Assembly (NCBI GenBank): GCA_043228905.1
Contig: JBHGNT010000012.1
Span: 19,344,001-19,408,000, forward strand
From: Azolla caroliniana
Lineage: Eukaryota; Plantae; Polypodiophyta
Length of the DNA: 64,000 nt
Direction of reading: 5' to 3'
Below are positions 27,087 to 38,481 of this stretch, piece after piece. The notes under the pieces were generated by a model that saw only the letters and a list, made by a program, of their open reading frames with translations, had not been told where the DNA came from and ran no database searches. The position numbers were made by a program, and so were the translations under genes. How positions within the stretch are numbered: the first letter of the stretch is position 1; each line of letters begins with the position of its first letter.

Positions 27087-28546
27087 TTAATCTTCTTCCA
27101 GAATGCCCCTGATGTTTGGCTCTGCCACGGTGTCCATGTCCGGGGACGACGTAGGGCCCATAGGTGCATCGTGGTGTGGTTCCCCTGCTTGGTCGGGAGG
27201 GATTCTCATGGTGTCACGATTGTCCTGTGTGGGCGTTCCGGGTTCTATGGGATCTTCTTGGGCTAGGGTGTTGGGCTCAACCATCGGTGTGCTTGCGATC
27301 GGTCGTGGCTTTGTTTCGTCCGTCACTTCCTCCGTGATGTCGGCCTTCGTTGTACGCTATGGGGAGTGGGGTTGCAGTTCCTCTTGGTCTGCAACGTTCT
27401 CTGTGTGGTCGGCTGATAGCGTATGCTCCGGTAGATGGGGTTCCTCTTGGGCAGTGGTTTCGCTATCTGGTATTATGGGGGACTCCGTTCGCCGTTCCAC
27501 GCTGTTCACCGTAGTTGTAATTTCTAGTGACCTGGCCTGAGGTTCCTCTTCTTCGGCAGTATCTGGAATTGGTGTCGCGATGGATTCCTCGTTTGTTCAC
27601 GTGCTGCCAGCTTGCGTGATCTCGTGAAACAGATCCTCCTGACTTTCACCAAAATCATCTAATAAATGCGCGAGTTCTTCGGAATGTTGGTCTGCTAGTG
27701 CGCGGTAGTCTTGTGCTAGGTCCTCGCATATTGCCGCAATGCTTTCCTCATTGAGTTTATAGAAGCCTTGGCCGTCTTTTTTCCGGTTCTCCCAGTCTGC
27801 TCGATATGCGTGCAATTCCGTCGCTTGGGCCGCCCACGCCATCCATCCTTTGTCTAGCACCGTTTTCAATTGCGTTGTAAACCTCTCCCGATTCATTTGT
27901 AGAAGGATATGCACGTTGTCTGTGATGGCCTGGTAACGGTTGCGTGCTTCTTCCACAGCCTTCTTGAGGTTTGCAATTTCTTGCTGACTAACTGCCGCCG
28001 CTTCTTCATACGTGCTCTTCATACCCGCCCACAGCTGGGATTCCTTCGCATCTAGTTCTTCTAATTTCCCCATTTCATTGCTTAGGCGGATTTCGAGCTG
28101 ATGCCTTCTTTCCTGTTCACCCACCAGCTGCTTGTCGAACCATGCTTTCTTTTTCTCCAATAAGGCCCGGAGTCCCGCGATTGTCGCCTCCGATTTTTTT
28201 GCTTCCTCCCATAATTGGGCGTTTTCTTCTTTTGTCCGGGTGTGCCGTGCTGTCTCCGTAGCGAGTTTCTCTTCAAGGGTTTTTACTGCCTTTCGATCGT
28301 TGGCCCGAATGTCCTTTTCCTTGTCTGAGGACTGGTGAAGTTTAGCGCGGAGGCGGTCAATTTCTGATTCTGCTAGTTGTACGGCCCTTTTCGCTTTTGA
28401 GGCAATGGCGGTCTGAGCCTCAATCTCTTCCTTCAAGGCTTCGATGGCGTGGTTTGGTGGTGGAGCTGCCTGTTGCGCCGTAGTCGTGTTATTTTCCAAC
28501 TCCGCGATGCGCTCGTTGGCTTTTTGCAGCTCGGCTTGGGTATACC
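27087..28546 (-). pseudogene. C-terminal coiled-coil and low-complexity part of the extra 3' ORF of Gypsy H
   Basis: ORF 27597..28685 from ~28546 downward is heptad-rich (AELQKANERIAELE..., ESEIDRLRAKL...), followed by an acidic T/P-rich tail ending at 27087. The first ~45 aa of the listed ORF are antisense Copia RT. Confidence 0.6.
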
Positions 28547-28549
28547 TGG

Positions 28550-29483
28550 TAAGTCCGAAGACAAAGGCAGATAAGACAGAGATGATGAAGATACCATATG
28601 CCTCTGCCGTCGGAAGATTGATATATGCAATGGTGTGTACCCGGCCGGATATTGGATATGTTGTCGGAGTGGTTAGCCGGTTCATGAGTAATCTAGGAAG
28701 AGAACACTAGACCGCGGTCAAGTGGATATTCCGGTAGTTGAAAGGCACCCCGAGTATGTGCTTCCGATTCGGCTACGGAAAACCCCAACTTGAAGGTTTC
28801 ACGGATTTGGATATGTTGGCTGATGCGGATACCAACCGGTCTATAATCTAGATAAGTTATGACATATGCATGGGGAGCTATATCGTGGTAGTCGAGGTTG
28901 CAAAAATCTGTTGCACTGTCAATAACGGAAGCAGAGTACATGACGGCAGTAGAATCCGGTAAAGAGGTAATCTGGAGAGCTCGGAATTATGGCTTTACTA
29001 CGACAGTCAAAGTGCCATCCACCTCGCGAAGAATGCGGCCTACCACTCCAGGACGAAGCACATCCAACGTAGATACCACTGGCTCTGGGAAAAAGTAGAA
29101 GATCAAGACTTCACACTGTTGAAGATCCACATGGAGGAGAATGGGTCGGACATGCTGACCAAGATGATGTCAGCCAACAAGCTTGATGCGTGTAGGAGAT
29201 GGATTGGATTGGCAAGACATCCCATGCTGGAGTGAAGGGGGAGGTTGTTGGGAATTTGGTCCCTCCAGATGGGATCTGGATGAGATCTAGAAGTTGGATT
29301 GGATGGATTCAGTATGAACCAGATTGAGGGACATATCTGTAAATAAGTTGCAGTCTATGGGTTCCCGTGGTTTTTCCCGATTAGGGTTTTCCACGTTAAC
29401 ATCTTGTGTCTGTCTTATTTCCATTCTATTTTCTTCCATTGAGTGATCAAGACTTGATTGTGGCCGAGCACTATTTCCTCTCA
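28550..29483 (+). mobile_element. 5'-truncated Tork-like Copia fragment (RT end, RNase H, PPT, short LTR 29246-~29483)
   Basis: SPKTKADKTEMMKIPYASAVG and YHSRTKHIQRRYHW motifs; PPT TGAAGGGGGAG, then TGTTGGG at 29246. Sits inside the RNase H of the next fragment. Confidence 0.8.
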
Positions 29484-30336
29484 TTCGGCAAGAGGAATTC
29501 CGACTCCACGGCGATAACCAGAGTGTCATCCACCTTGCGATGAATGCCTCCTACCACTCGAGGACCAAGCACATCGAAAGGAGATATCATTGGATGCGAG
29601 AGCGAGTAGAAGAGAAGGAGTTTGCTCTAGTAAAGGTACATACAGTGGAGAACGGGTCGGACATGCTAACGAAGGTATTGTCGGCCGAAAAGTTGAATGA
29701 GTCTTGACAGAGGGTTAGATTGGTGAAGGGGGAGTGCTAGAGTGAAGGGGGAGTTTGTTGGGAAAACCAGGTCCCTCCAAATGGGATGAGTCAAATCAAA
29801 GAGCAAGCTCGGCTGAGGCTGAAAGTTGATTTCCCGACCGAAACCGAAATCGAGAATTGTTTATACCACCGATTCGGAAGACTATATTTGTAAATAGTCC
29901 AAATGTGCCCTTTGTGGGCTATACTTTAAATAGCCAGAAAGTTGTTTTAGTATATAAACAACTAGGTCAAACTTTAGGAAGATGGATAATCATTATAATT
30001 GATCATTGTTGTAGAGCTAGAGAAGGTAGTTGCATTTGTAATTAGTAGGTGAGAGAGAGTGTGAGTAACTCTGCAGCCGTCGATCTGACAAAGGAGAACT
30101 CATAGGTCGTTGCCTTGAGATTCTCACTATTATATTTCCTCTCATTATAGTGATTCTGTTTCTTGGGGTTTGTGGACTCTCGTGGTTTTTCCCTTTCGGG
30201 TTTTCCACATTAAATATTTGTGTCTCGTTTTTGAGTTTTTGTTTTCTATTCTTTCTTGTCTGTGCACTTCTGTCGTCGATTCTTTGCACCCGAACATCGA
30301 GAGTGAAACTGGTTGTGGCCGGTTCCGATCCTTGCA
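29484..30336 (+). mobile_element. Second Tork-like Copia fragment (RNase H end, doubled PPT, LTR 29756-~30336)
   Basis: RQEEFRLHGDNQSVIHLAMNASYHSRTKHIERRYHW; GTGAAGGGGGAGT occurs twice at 29723-29754; LTR starts TGTTGGG at 29756 and shares motifs with the B LTR. Confidence 0.78.
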
Positions 30337-30511
30337 GAAAGGTTAATCAAAGAAGCTTACGGATATGAGGCCTTAAGTTCGCAATTGAAGCTACAACCAG
30401 ATTGATTGTGACTTTGCTCAAGGTCATGTGATGTTGAGAGAGTTGTCTCCCTCTCCTATGAAGGTAGTACCCAAGAAAGTGCCCACAAACTAGAGGCCTC
30501 CGAAGAAGAAA

Positions 30512-31200
30512 GTGACAAAGATGTCAGATTCCTCATCCTCGAGCTCTACAGATGATGAGGAGGCTCGAATAACGCCAAGGGCAGAATTATCATTTGGTGT
30601 CTTGTCATCCGAGGAAAATAATATTAGAAGGGAGATAATTCAAAGGAAGCTTGTCCATAAAGGCACGTTTTTAACCTCCTTCTCACACATAATCACCGAC
30701 TACCAATGAATGAGAGGATTGGACGTCGCCCACTTGAAATTAGAAAACCTCACAAGTTGCACGTCCAGAACCTTAAGAAGAAGAAGAAGATCAATCCCCA
30801 CATGACAATATTACCATTCATTGTAATGGTTGATCTAGATGAGAGTGTGACATTGGAAGACTTCGATGTTCGAAAACACGATCAATATAACTACTTCGTG
30901 ATCGGGGGATTGCATTCAGCCGAATCTAGAAGGAAACATATTAGAGGACACCCCACAACATTCTTTTTCAAGTACGTTGAATGTAAAATATATGTGGGCC
31001 AAACAGTTGAAGAGGCCAACCTGCTAGCCTGGGATCACAACAACGACAATGACTACATACAAAAATGTCATCGATCTACCATGAATATCTCGATGTCAAG
31101 GAAAATTTTGGACCTAACCTATATCCAGGTCTTCAACATCAATGTCTTCATGAAGTTGACGACGTTGTGAAGTTTGATGGCATAAGAAAATACGAGTTGT
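30512..31200 (+). pseudogene. Frameshifted gene fragment with a ParB/Sulfiredoxin-like domain
   Basis: Joined ORFs 30512..30709, 30706..31170 and 31065..31247 give 'LEIRKPHKLHVQNLKK..INPH..ILPFIVMVD...YNYFVIGGLHSAES...VECKIYVG.TVEEANLLAWDHN...KMSSI'. This is the ParB-N order of motifs. Pattern recognition only. Confidence 0.6.
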
Positions 31201-31880
31201 GGCTTCCTCCCTGCTTGCCGACTGTTCTTCTTGTGTTGTTCGCGTGATGGGTTGGGAAGGTTGTGGTTCGTCTTCCCATTCCGTGGTAGCCAACTCTGCT
31301 AACCGCCATTTCGCGGAACATGGCGACGGCGTGGGTTTACTGGGCTGTGGTGCGGGCAGACCTCTGGGTGGGAATAGTATCGTCAGATACTGTTGTATGA
31401 TTGGACTTAGCTTTTTGTCACCCTGATATGCGTGCAGGCCTTCCCGTAAAGTTGGTCCCGTAATTACTCCCCAATCGACCATGCGCCCTTCGAAGGTATC
31501 AATGATGATGCCTGCCTTCTACTTTGGCATCCCATAGGCTTTTACGTGCACGCATCCTACCTCTAGCAAGAACTTGGCTATTTCTCTAAAGAAGGGGTCG
31601 GGGATTTCCTTCGCCCTGTATGCTTTGACGGACATCGAATATTCCCTGAAATATTTCTGCAAGGTTTCCGCAGGAGGGATGTCGAAATGTTTCTCCCCAA
31701 TCGATGATAAGTCCAGTTTCTTCCAGATGGTACGTTGGTGACCGTGTCTATGTTGAGCTTCTTGGCAATTTCCAGGGCTTCAGGGTGAGTAGGTGCCTCG
31801 GCGACTTTGATGTATCCATCACGTCTCTTTTCGAGGAGCCATCTGCGCAAGGTGGCGGAAATAGTGATCGGCATCGTAGG
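31200..31880 (-). pseudogene. N-terminal part of the extra 3' ORF of Gypsy H (plant-transposon-protein-like)
   Basis: 'MPITISATLRRWLLEKRRDG...' through 'IIIDTFEGRMVDWGVITGPTL...IIQQYLTILFPP' then Pro-rich; same strand as, and downstream of, the integrase; contains a frameshift and a stop. Confidence 0.5.
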
Positions 31881-32279
31881 TGGATGAGACTCGTGGGTAG
31901 TGGGTGAGGTTGGTTGGCTACGACGGACGTGGGATCTGTGGTATGATGGGGAGTAAGGTGAGTGAGGAGAGTGACGAGAGAGAGGAAGGTTAAAGGCTGA
32001 AGATTGTTTTTTGGATTGTGTAGAAAACCTTCTATTTTCTTCTTTTTGTGGCCTAGGGTTCATTGGCCTGTGTGCCATCATGGTGCCGTGTGTTCTTGCA
32101 CTAGAAGTTTGTGCATGCATCAAGTCCTTTTAATAGTGCCACTATCTTCTCTTTTTTTTCTTCTTGTAACAGTTAAATACAATATTACTGTTACATTATA
32201 ATACATGTGCGTCCCTTTAATTAATCCGCGGATTCTTCGGCTGTGTCTTTTACGGCGTGGAATGAGTTTGGTGGCACAT

Positions 32280-33877
32280 GTGTTAGGTAGGGTTTCAATC
32301 AAAACCCATTCACCTTTTGACGTAACACTTCTCCAACCAGGGTGCCTAATTGAAACATGTCGTTTTCCATGCCAACTATCTAGTACGGCCCCGTCTAGCG
32401 GAATCTTAATTTACCTGGCATTTGCCCCATCCGTGTTTGAAAGACCAAGACCGCTTTGCTGACCGCAAAATCTTTTTCACGTGCATTTCGATGCCGGTCC
32501 ATGAATGCTTTACGTTGACGCTGCACTTGTTCCAGTATGGCCATGATGTGTAACCATGTCTCGCCTAGTCCGAGCAGCTGTTGTAGTCGTATTTGTTCGG
32601 ACTTGTCTTCTAATAGCCGGTCTCGTACCTGAATCCGCAGACTGGATACCTGAAATTCGATTGGCATTACGGCCTCTAGCCCAAATGCTAGCCGGAAAGG
32701 CATGGATTGTATGCTAGTCTTATAGCTGGTTCGGTACACCCATAACGCGCTGTGTAATTTGGTATCCCAGTTTGATATGTTCTCATTGACGATCTTTCTT
32801 AGTATGGTTTGTAATGTTTTGTTCGTGGATTCCGCTAAACCATTCACTTGTAGATAATATGGCGTGCTCTTCTTGTGGACAACGACATAGTGTTGTGTTA
32901 GTTCCCGGATGATCGAATTCAAAAAGTGGCTTCCTTGGTCACTGATGAGCTCGATAGGGCAGCCAAAACGACACCAGATGTTCTCATAAAGAAATTTCGC
33001 TGTCACTGCTGCAGTATTTTCTCATAGTGCTTTTGCTTCCACCCACTTGGTGCAATAATCAGTAGCCACCAGTATATATTTATTGCCAGTCCGTGTTGCC
33101 GCCAGTGTAAATGGCCCCACGAAATCGAGTCCCCATTTCTGGAATGGATCCAACGGCAACACTGGTTGATGTGGCATCCTTGCGACCTCTGTGGGCTGGC
33201 CCATCCGTTGACACAGATCACATTGTTTGCAATATTCATACACATCCTTTTGCATAGTCGGCCACCATAGGCCTGCTTGCCAGACTTTACGAGCCGTAAC
33301 ATCGCCTGCGTAGTGTCCTCCTGCCGTACCACAGTGAGCTTCGCGTAAAACTGTTTCCTTCTTATCTTGGCGTATTCCGCGTTGCTAGATTTCGTCGCTG
33401 CCTTTGTGATACAGGACCCCTTCGACCAAACAGAAGTTACGACTTCAGACGACCAGTTGTTTCTTCTCGTTCGTCCTTAATTGCAGTGGTGGTAATCTTG
33501 TGGTCAGAAAGTATGTCATCTCCATCAACCAACGATCTAGAAAAGTTTTTTCCGTACATGTCGCTATAGTTGCGATCCGCAGGATGTCCGCATCAGGAAA
33601 GTCGTCGTCATCCTTTCACACCATTTCTCCATTATCTATCCTGCTTAAGAAATCCGCTACAACATTTTGCATACCAAGTCGATGCTGTATAACAAAGTCG
33701 AACTCCTAGAGCAGCAACATCCATTTAGCCAATTTTTGTGTCAGTGCCTACTTCCTCACCAGGTATAGCAATGTCGTATGGTCCACGTGAAACGTAAATT
33801 TCCGCCCCAGCAGATAATGTCGGAATTTATTGATCCTGTTTATCATACCCAACGCTTCTCGTTCTGTTGTGGAGTAG
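32280..33877 (-). pseudogene. Athila-like (non-chromovirus) Gypsy H RNase H + integrase, degenerate
   Basis: YSTTEREALG..KFRHYLLG (RNase H), [28 protein letters not shown] and NGLAESTNKTL, ending with a GPY/F-type motif; no chromodomain seen. Confidence 0.88.
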
Positions 33878-33879
33878 CA

Positions 33880-34575
33880 TGGGGCTAAGGATCAGAGGTC
33901 GAAGCTCGATAGTAAGTCAAAACCTTGCATATTCATGGGATACTCGAAGGACGAGTTCAACTACAAGTTGTGGGACTTAGTTGATATGAAAGTAGTGAGG
34001 AGTTAGGATGTAATCTTCTTGGAAGACAAGATGATTCAGGATTGGAAGCAACAGAAGTTAGAATCGACTTCCCAGTTCACTCCCACTACCACCGACCTAA
34101 GTCCAAGTGAAATGACACAATCCATTATTCGGAGACAGCCAGTCGGCACAACTGAATCTGAGTCGGCCAACTCGGAGCAACCGACCAACGCAGATGAGTT
34201 GGAGTCAACTGTCTTATGGAAGTCGATCGAGGACTATGAGCCGAAATCGGCAAATCCTCAACGACCGATCAACATATATGAATCCCAACCAAAAGTAGAG
34301 TTGGCAAACACATCTAAACTGGAGCCAACAACGAGTGCAAGGAGATACTCATTCAGAGAAGGAGGGCACCGATGACATATGCTAGTCAATACATCCTCTT
34401 GACTGATGAAGGTGTACCTGAGTGCTATGAAGAAGTCATGGCCAATGAGCACAAGGATAAATGGCTAAGTGCAATGCAAGATGAGATGGACTCCTTGTGT
34501 GAAAACTACACCTATGACCTGGTAGAACTATAGAAAGGTAAGAGAGCACTCAGAAACAAATGGGTCTACAAGGTC
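33880..34575 (+). mobile_element. Copia fragment (integrase C-terminus to RT start)
   Basis: KDQRSKLDSKSKPCIFMGY and KWLSAMQDEMDSL..NYTYDLVEL motifs; blunt junctions on both sides. Confidence 0.8.
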
Positions 34576-34589
34576 GGCTCCTTCCAAGT

Positions 34590-37500
34590 TGTATCCTGGT
34601 GCCACATTTGACGTGACCCCGAACATTGAATGGTTTTCGAACTATTCAGCCGATGCTAGCGGCACAATCCAACTAGGAAACGGGCAGGAGCACAAGATAG
34701 CAGGAACGGGAGAAGGTCCCATCAGATTGCCAAATGGCAACATAATAACCCTGCACCAAGTTTGGCATGTACCCGATCTAAAGAGGAGTCTGGTTTCCAT
34801 CGGCATGTTAGTCGAAGACGGGTACAGAACGACTCTACACAAGTCGACATGGGTGATAAGCCGAGGAAACCTCAAACTTGGTAGTGGGTACAAGTATAAT
34901 AATCTATACCCATTGATGGTGATCAACCCTAAACCTGAAAAGACCGACCCAAACCTATGGCATGGTCGACTAGGCAATGTATGTCACAAGCCGGACTTGA
35001 TCGGTTGATGTCGGTCGGCTACATCTTGAAACTCCAAGCAAAGACGGACTTCTGCGAGCATTGTCGATATGGTAAACACACCCGAAGTTTGCACTCTCTC
35101 CACTACGAGACGGTACGACCGCCCCTAGAGCTCGTGCACACAAACATATGTGGGCCCATGCCAGAGCGATCACTAGGAGGCTCCCGGTACTTCATCACAT
35201 TTGTAGATGATTGTACATGGGAAGTTTGGGCATACACTCCAATCCGACAATGGAGGTGAGTACACTCCAAAGCCTTCAAATAGTACCTGTCTGGAAAAGG
35301 GACCCGACACCAAAAGACCATTCCCTACACACCCATGCAAAATGGAGTGGCAGAACGGATCAACAGGACATCCAAGAGAGGGTGACGACAATGCTCCAGC
35401 AAGCCAGACTAAAGCTGGAATTCTGGACTGAGGCATTACAGACGACAGTGTACCTGATAAATCTGGTGCCGTCAAAAGCAATCAGGTTTGAAGTGCCATA
35501 GGCACTATGGTAAGGTAAACAACCGACCTACGATAGGCTCCGTATATTCGGATGCAAAGCTTACGCATTCATCCCCAGGGACAAAAGGACAAAGTTAGCA
35601 CCCCATGCAACAAACTGTATATTTCTTGATTATAGAACCGATGAGGACTTCGGCTACCGGCTATGGGACCCTGAGAACCGGAAATTGATTGAGAGCAGCA
35701 ACGTAGTCTTCAATGAAGACTCTATCTTCTCTCAGCGGAACCAATAGAAAATAGTTGGTAAGAAGATATCCTTCGAAGATGACAACATTGTCGTAGAAGG
35801 ATCGACCCACCGGGTCGAATCGGATACTCGACGTACAGTCGAACTCCAACAAGCTGACAACTTCCCTGTTGACACCGAATTGGCAACAAGTCCTATCGTC
35901 GAACTCAAAGACAAAGTCATCAAAGACATAGCCGAATCGACAAGGATCGATAAAGGTAAAGTCACCAAGAGACAAGTCAGAAAAGAGTCGACGACAACCA
36001 TAGGGGAGGATCACCAGACACCGCTGAAATCCCAATTTGGGGGCGGGACACCTAACAAGACTCGTGATACAGATGGTTCAACTAATACTGATCGACCAAT
36101 AGAGCTGATCGAAGGATCCGAACCAAACATCTTGGCACCCAGGAGATCTGGACAAGCTCGAAGGCAAATAGAGTTCTATCAACCGGGTCTCGACTACGTC
36201 AACTACACGGATGCAGGCGAACCAAGCACATATGAAGAAGCTATGGCCGCACCAGACGCCGAAACATGGATGCAAGCCATGAAATCCGAAATGGACTCGA
36301 TTCATCAGAATTTGACATGGGAGTTGGTCGAACTACCAGTAGGAAGAAAGCCGCTACCTTGCAAATGAGTTTTCCGATACAAGTATGTATCCGACTAAGA
36401 GAAACCCAAGTACAAAGCTAGTCTTGTCGCGAAAGGATTCAAATAGGAATATGGGGTCGACTACGATGACATATTCTCACCAATAGTCAAGATGACCACC
36501 CTCCGACTCCTACTAGGAGTCGTGGCGACAGAAGATCCAGAGCTCGAGCAGATGGACGTAAAGACGACATTCCTACACGGAGATCTGGAAGAAGACATAT
36601 ACATATCTCAACCTGGAGGCTTCACGACGACGGGGGAGGACAGTCACCTCGTATGCAGACCGAAGAAAAGTCTATATGGCCTGAGACAAGCATCGAGGAT
36701 GTGGTACCAGAAATTTGACTCCTACATACGGCAACTTGGATACAACCGATCAGACTCCGACCCATGAATCTATGTTCGGCAACTAGCCGACGAGTCCAGG
36801 ATCTATCTAATCCTATTCGCCAATGACATGATGATTGCAGGGAGCAATCAAGCAGAGATCGGTAAGCTGAAGCGGAGCCTTCACACGAAGTTCGCGATGA
36901 AGGAACTAGGACAAGCCTGTCACATATTGGGCATGAGGATAGAGCAAAATCGGATGACCAAGACTCTCCGACTCTCCCAGTCTGAATACATCCGCAAGGA
37001 GCTGAAGCGCTTCAACATGGAGAATGCAAAGCTAACGCCAACATCGCTTCCGACATCGATCAAACTATTGGACAGAGACTCTCCTTCTACGGACAAGGAG
37101 AGAGAGCTTAATGGAAAGATAACCTACGCATCGGCAGTAGGAAGTATCATGTACACAATGGTGACGACCCGACCCGACCTAGCCTATGTCGTAGGGGTGG
37201 TCACCCGGTACATGTCAAACCCAGGAAAGAAGCATTGGGAGGCCGTCAAACACATCATTAGGTATCTAAAAGGAACCTTGGATGCAGAGCTAACTTTTGG
37301 ACTAACAACCTCAACCGAAGTCAAAGGCTACACCGATTCCGACTATGCTGGAAATAGAGATAATCAGAAATTACATCAGGCTACATCTTCACCTATGGTG
37401 GCGGTGCGATATCATGGAGGTCGAAACTTCAAGAGTGCACGACTCTGTCTGCCACAGAAGTCGAGTACATAGTAGCATCGGAAGCGATCTGGCTGCACCG

Positions 37501-38481
37501 ATTGACTACCGACTTCGGAGCTGCAAGCCGAAACGACTGACCAACGCTGACCATTTGTCGACCATAGAGGCAGGGTACATGGCAGTAGTAGAGGCCAACA
37601 AAGAGCTAATCTGGATGAGAAATTTTATCAATGAGTTGGGGATGAAGCGAAAGGAGTTCCTGCTTCATTGTGACATTTAGAGTGCCATACATCTAGCAAA
37701 GAATGTTGTGTACCACTCCCAAACCAAGCACATACATACAAGGTATCACTCGTTGATGGAGAAAGTGGAAGAAGAAGATTCTACCCTGGTAAAGATCCAT
37801 ACTGACAACAATGGATCCGACATGCTGACACAGAACCTACCGATGGACAAACTCATAGTCTGTTGACAAAGGACAGGACTGACCGACTCCACTCATAGGA
37901 ATGAAGCGGGAGTTTGTTAGGCATCTATCCGGATGGGTGCAGCCGGCTGGTCATGCCGAGTGCCAACAATCGAAGACATGGAGAGTCGAATGGGGAAGTC
38001 GATAGGGGGAGAGTCCAAGTCGAAGACATGACCGACTAGTTGGGCCGACAGGATGGTCGAAGATAAGGGCGATTAGTCGGGTCGGCCGGACAGTTGACGC
38101 TGGTGTCGACTTGTCGAACCCCGTCCGTTGATTAACTATTATCACTATAATAGTAATGACAATAGCAATGGCTACATGTGTAAATAGCCCATACAGTGTA
38201 TAAGTATAAATACACTTAGGGAAAAGAGAGAATGAAGATGAGAATAGTTGTGTGCTTTGGTTGCACGGTGCGACTAGAAGAGTAAGAGGTGAGAGCGGCG
38301 CCATAGTCTAGTGAGGTTTGATGCCAAGAGCCCTGCGTGGCTGATACACTCCGCATGGAGAGTGTTGTATTCTGATATCATCTTGTATTTTCTTGTGTAT
38401 AGTGAAGCTTTGTTCTCCTGTTTAGGGTTTCCACGTAAAACATTGTGTATTCTGCATTTGTTTTGTTTTCTATCTTTCCGG
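34590..38481 (+). mobile_element. Degenerate, 5'-truncated Copia 'F' (PR, INT, RT, RH, PPT, 3' LTR from 37915)
   Basis: GATFDVTP (protease), ELVHTNICGP, EQMDVKTTFLHGDLEE and YASAVGSIMY motifs; RNase H start repeated near 37550 (chimeric); PPT GAAGCGGGAG, then TGTTAGG at 37915; LTR interrupted at 38481 by Gypsy G1. Confidence 0.85.

Noticed and set aside
27597-28685. 362-aa ORF as a single host coiled-coil gene
   Set aside because: Chimeric: its first ~45 codons are antisense Copia RT fused at a blunt junction to the Gypsy accessory ORF.
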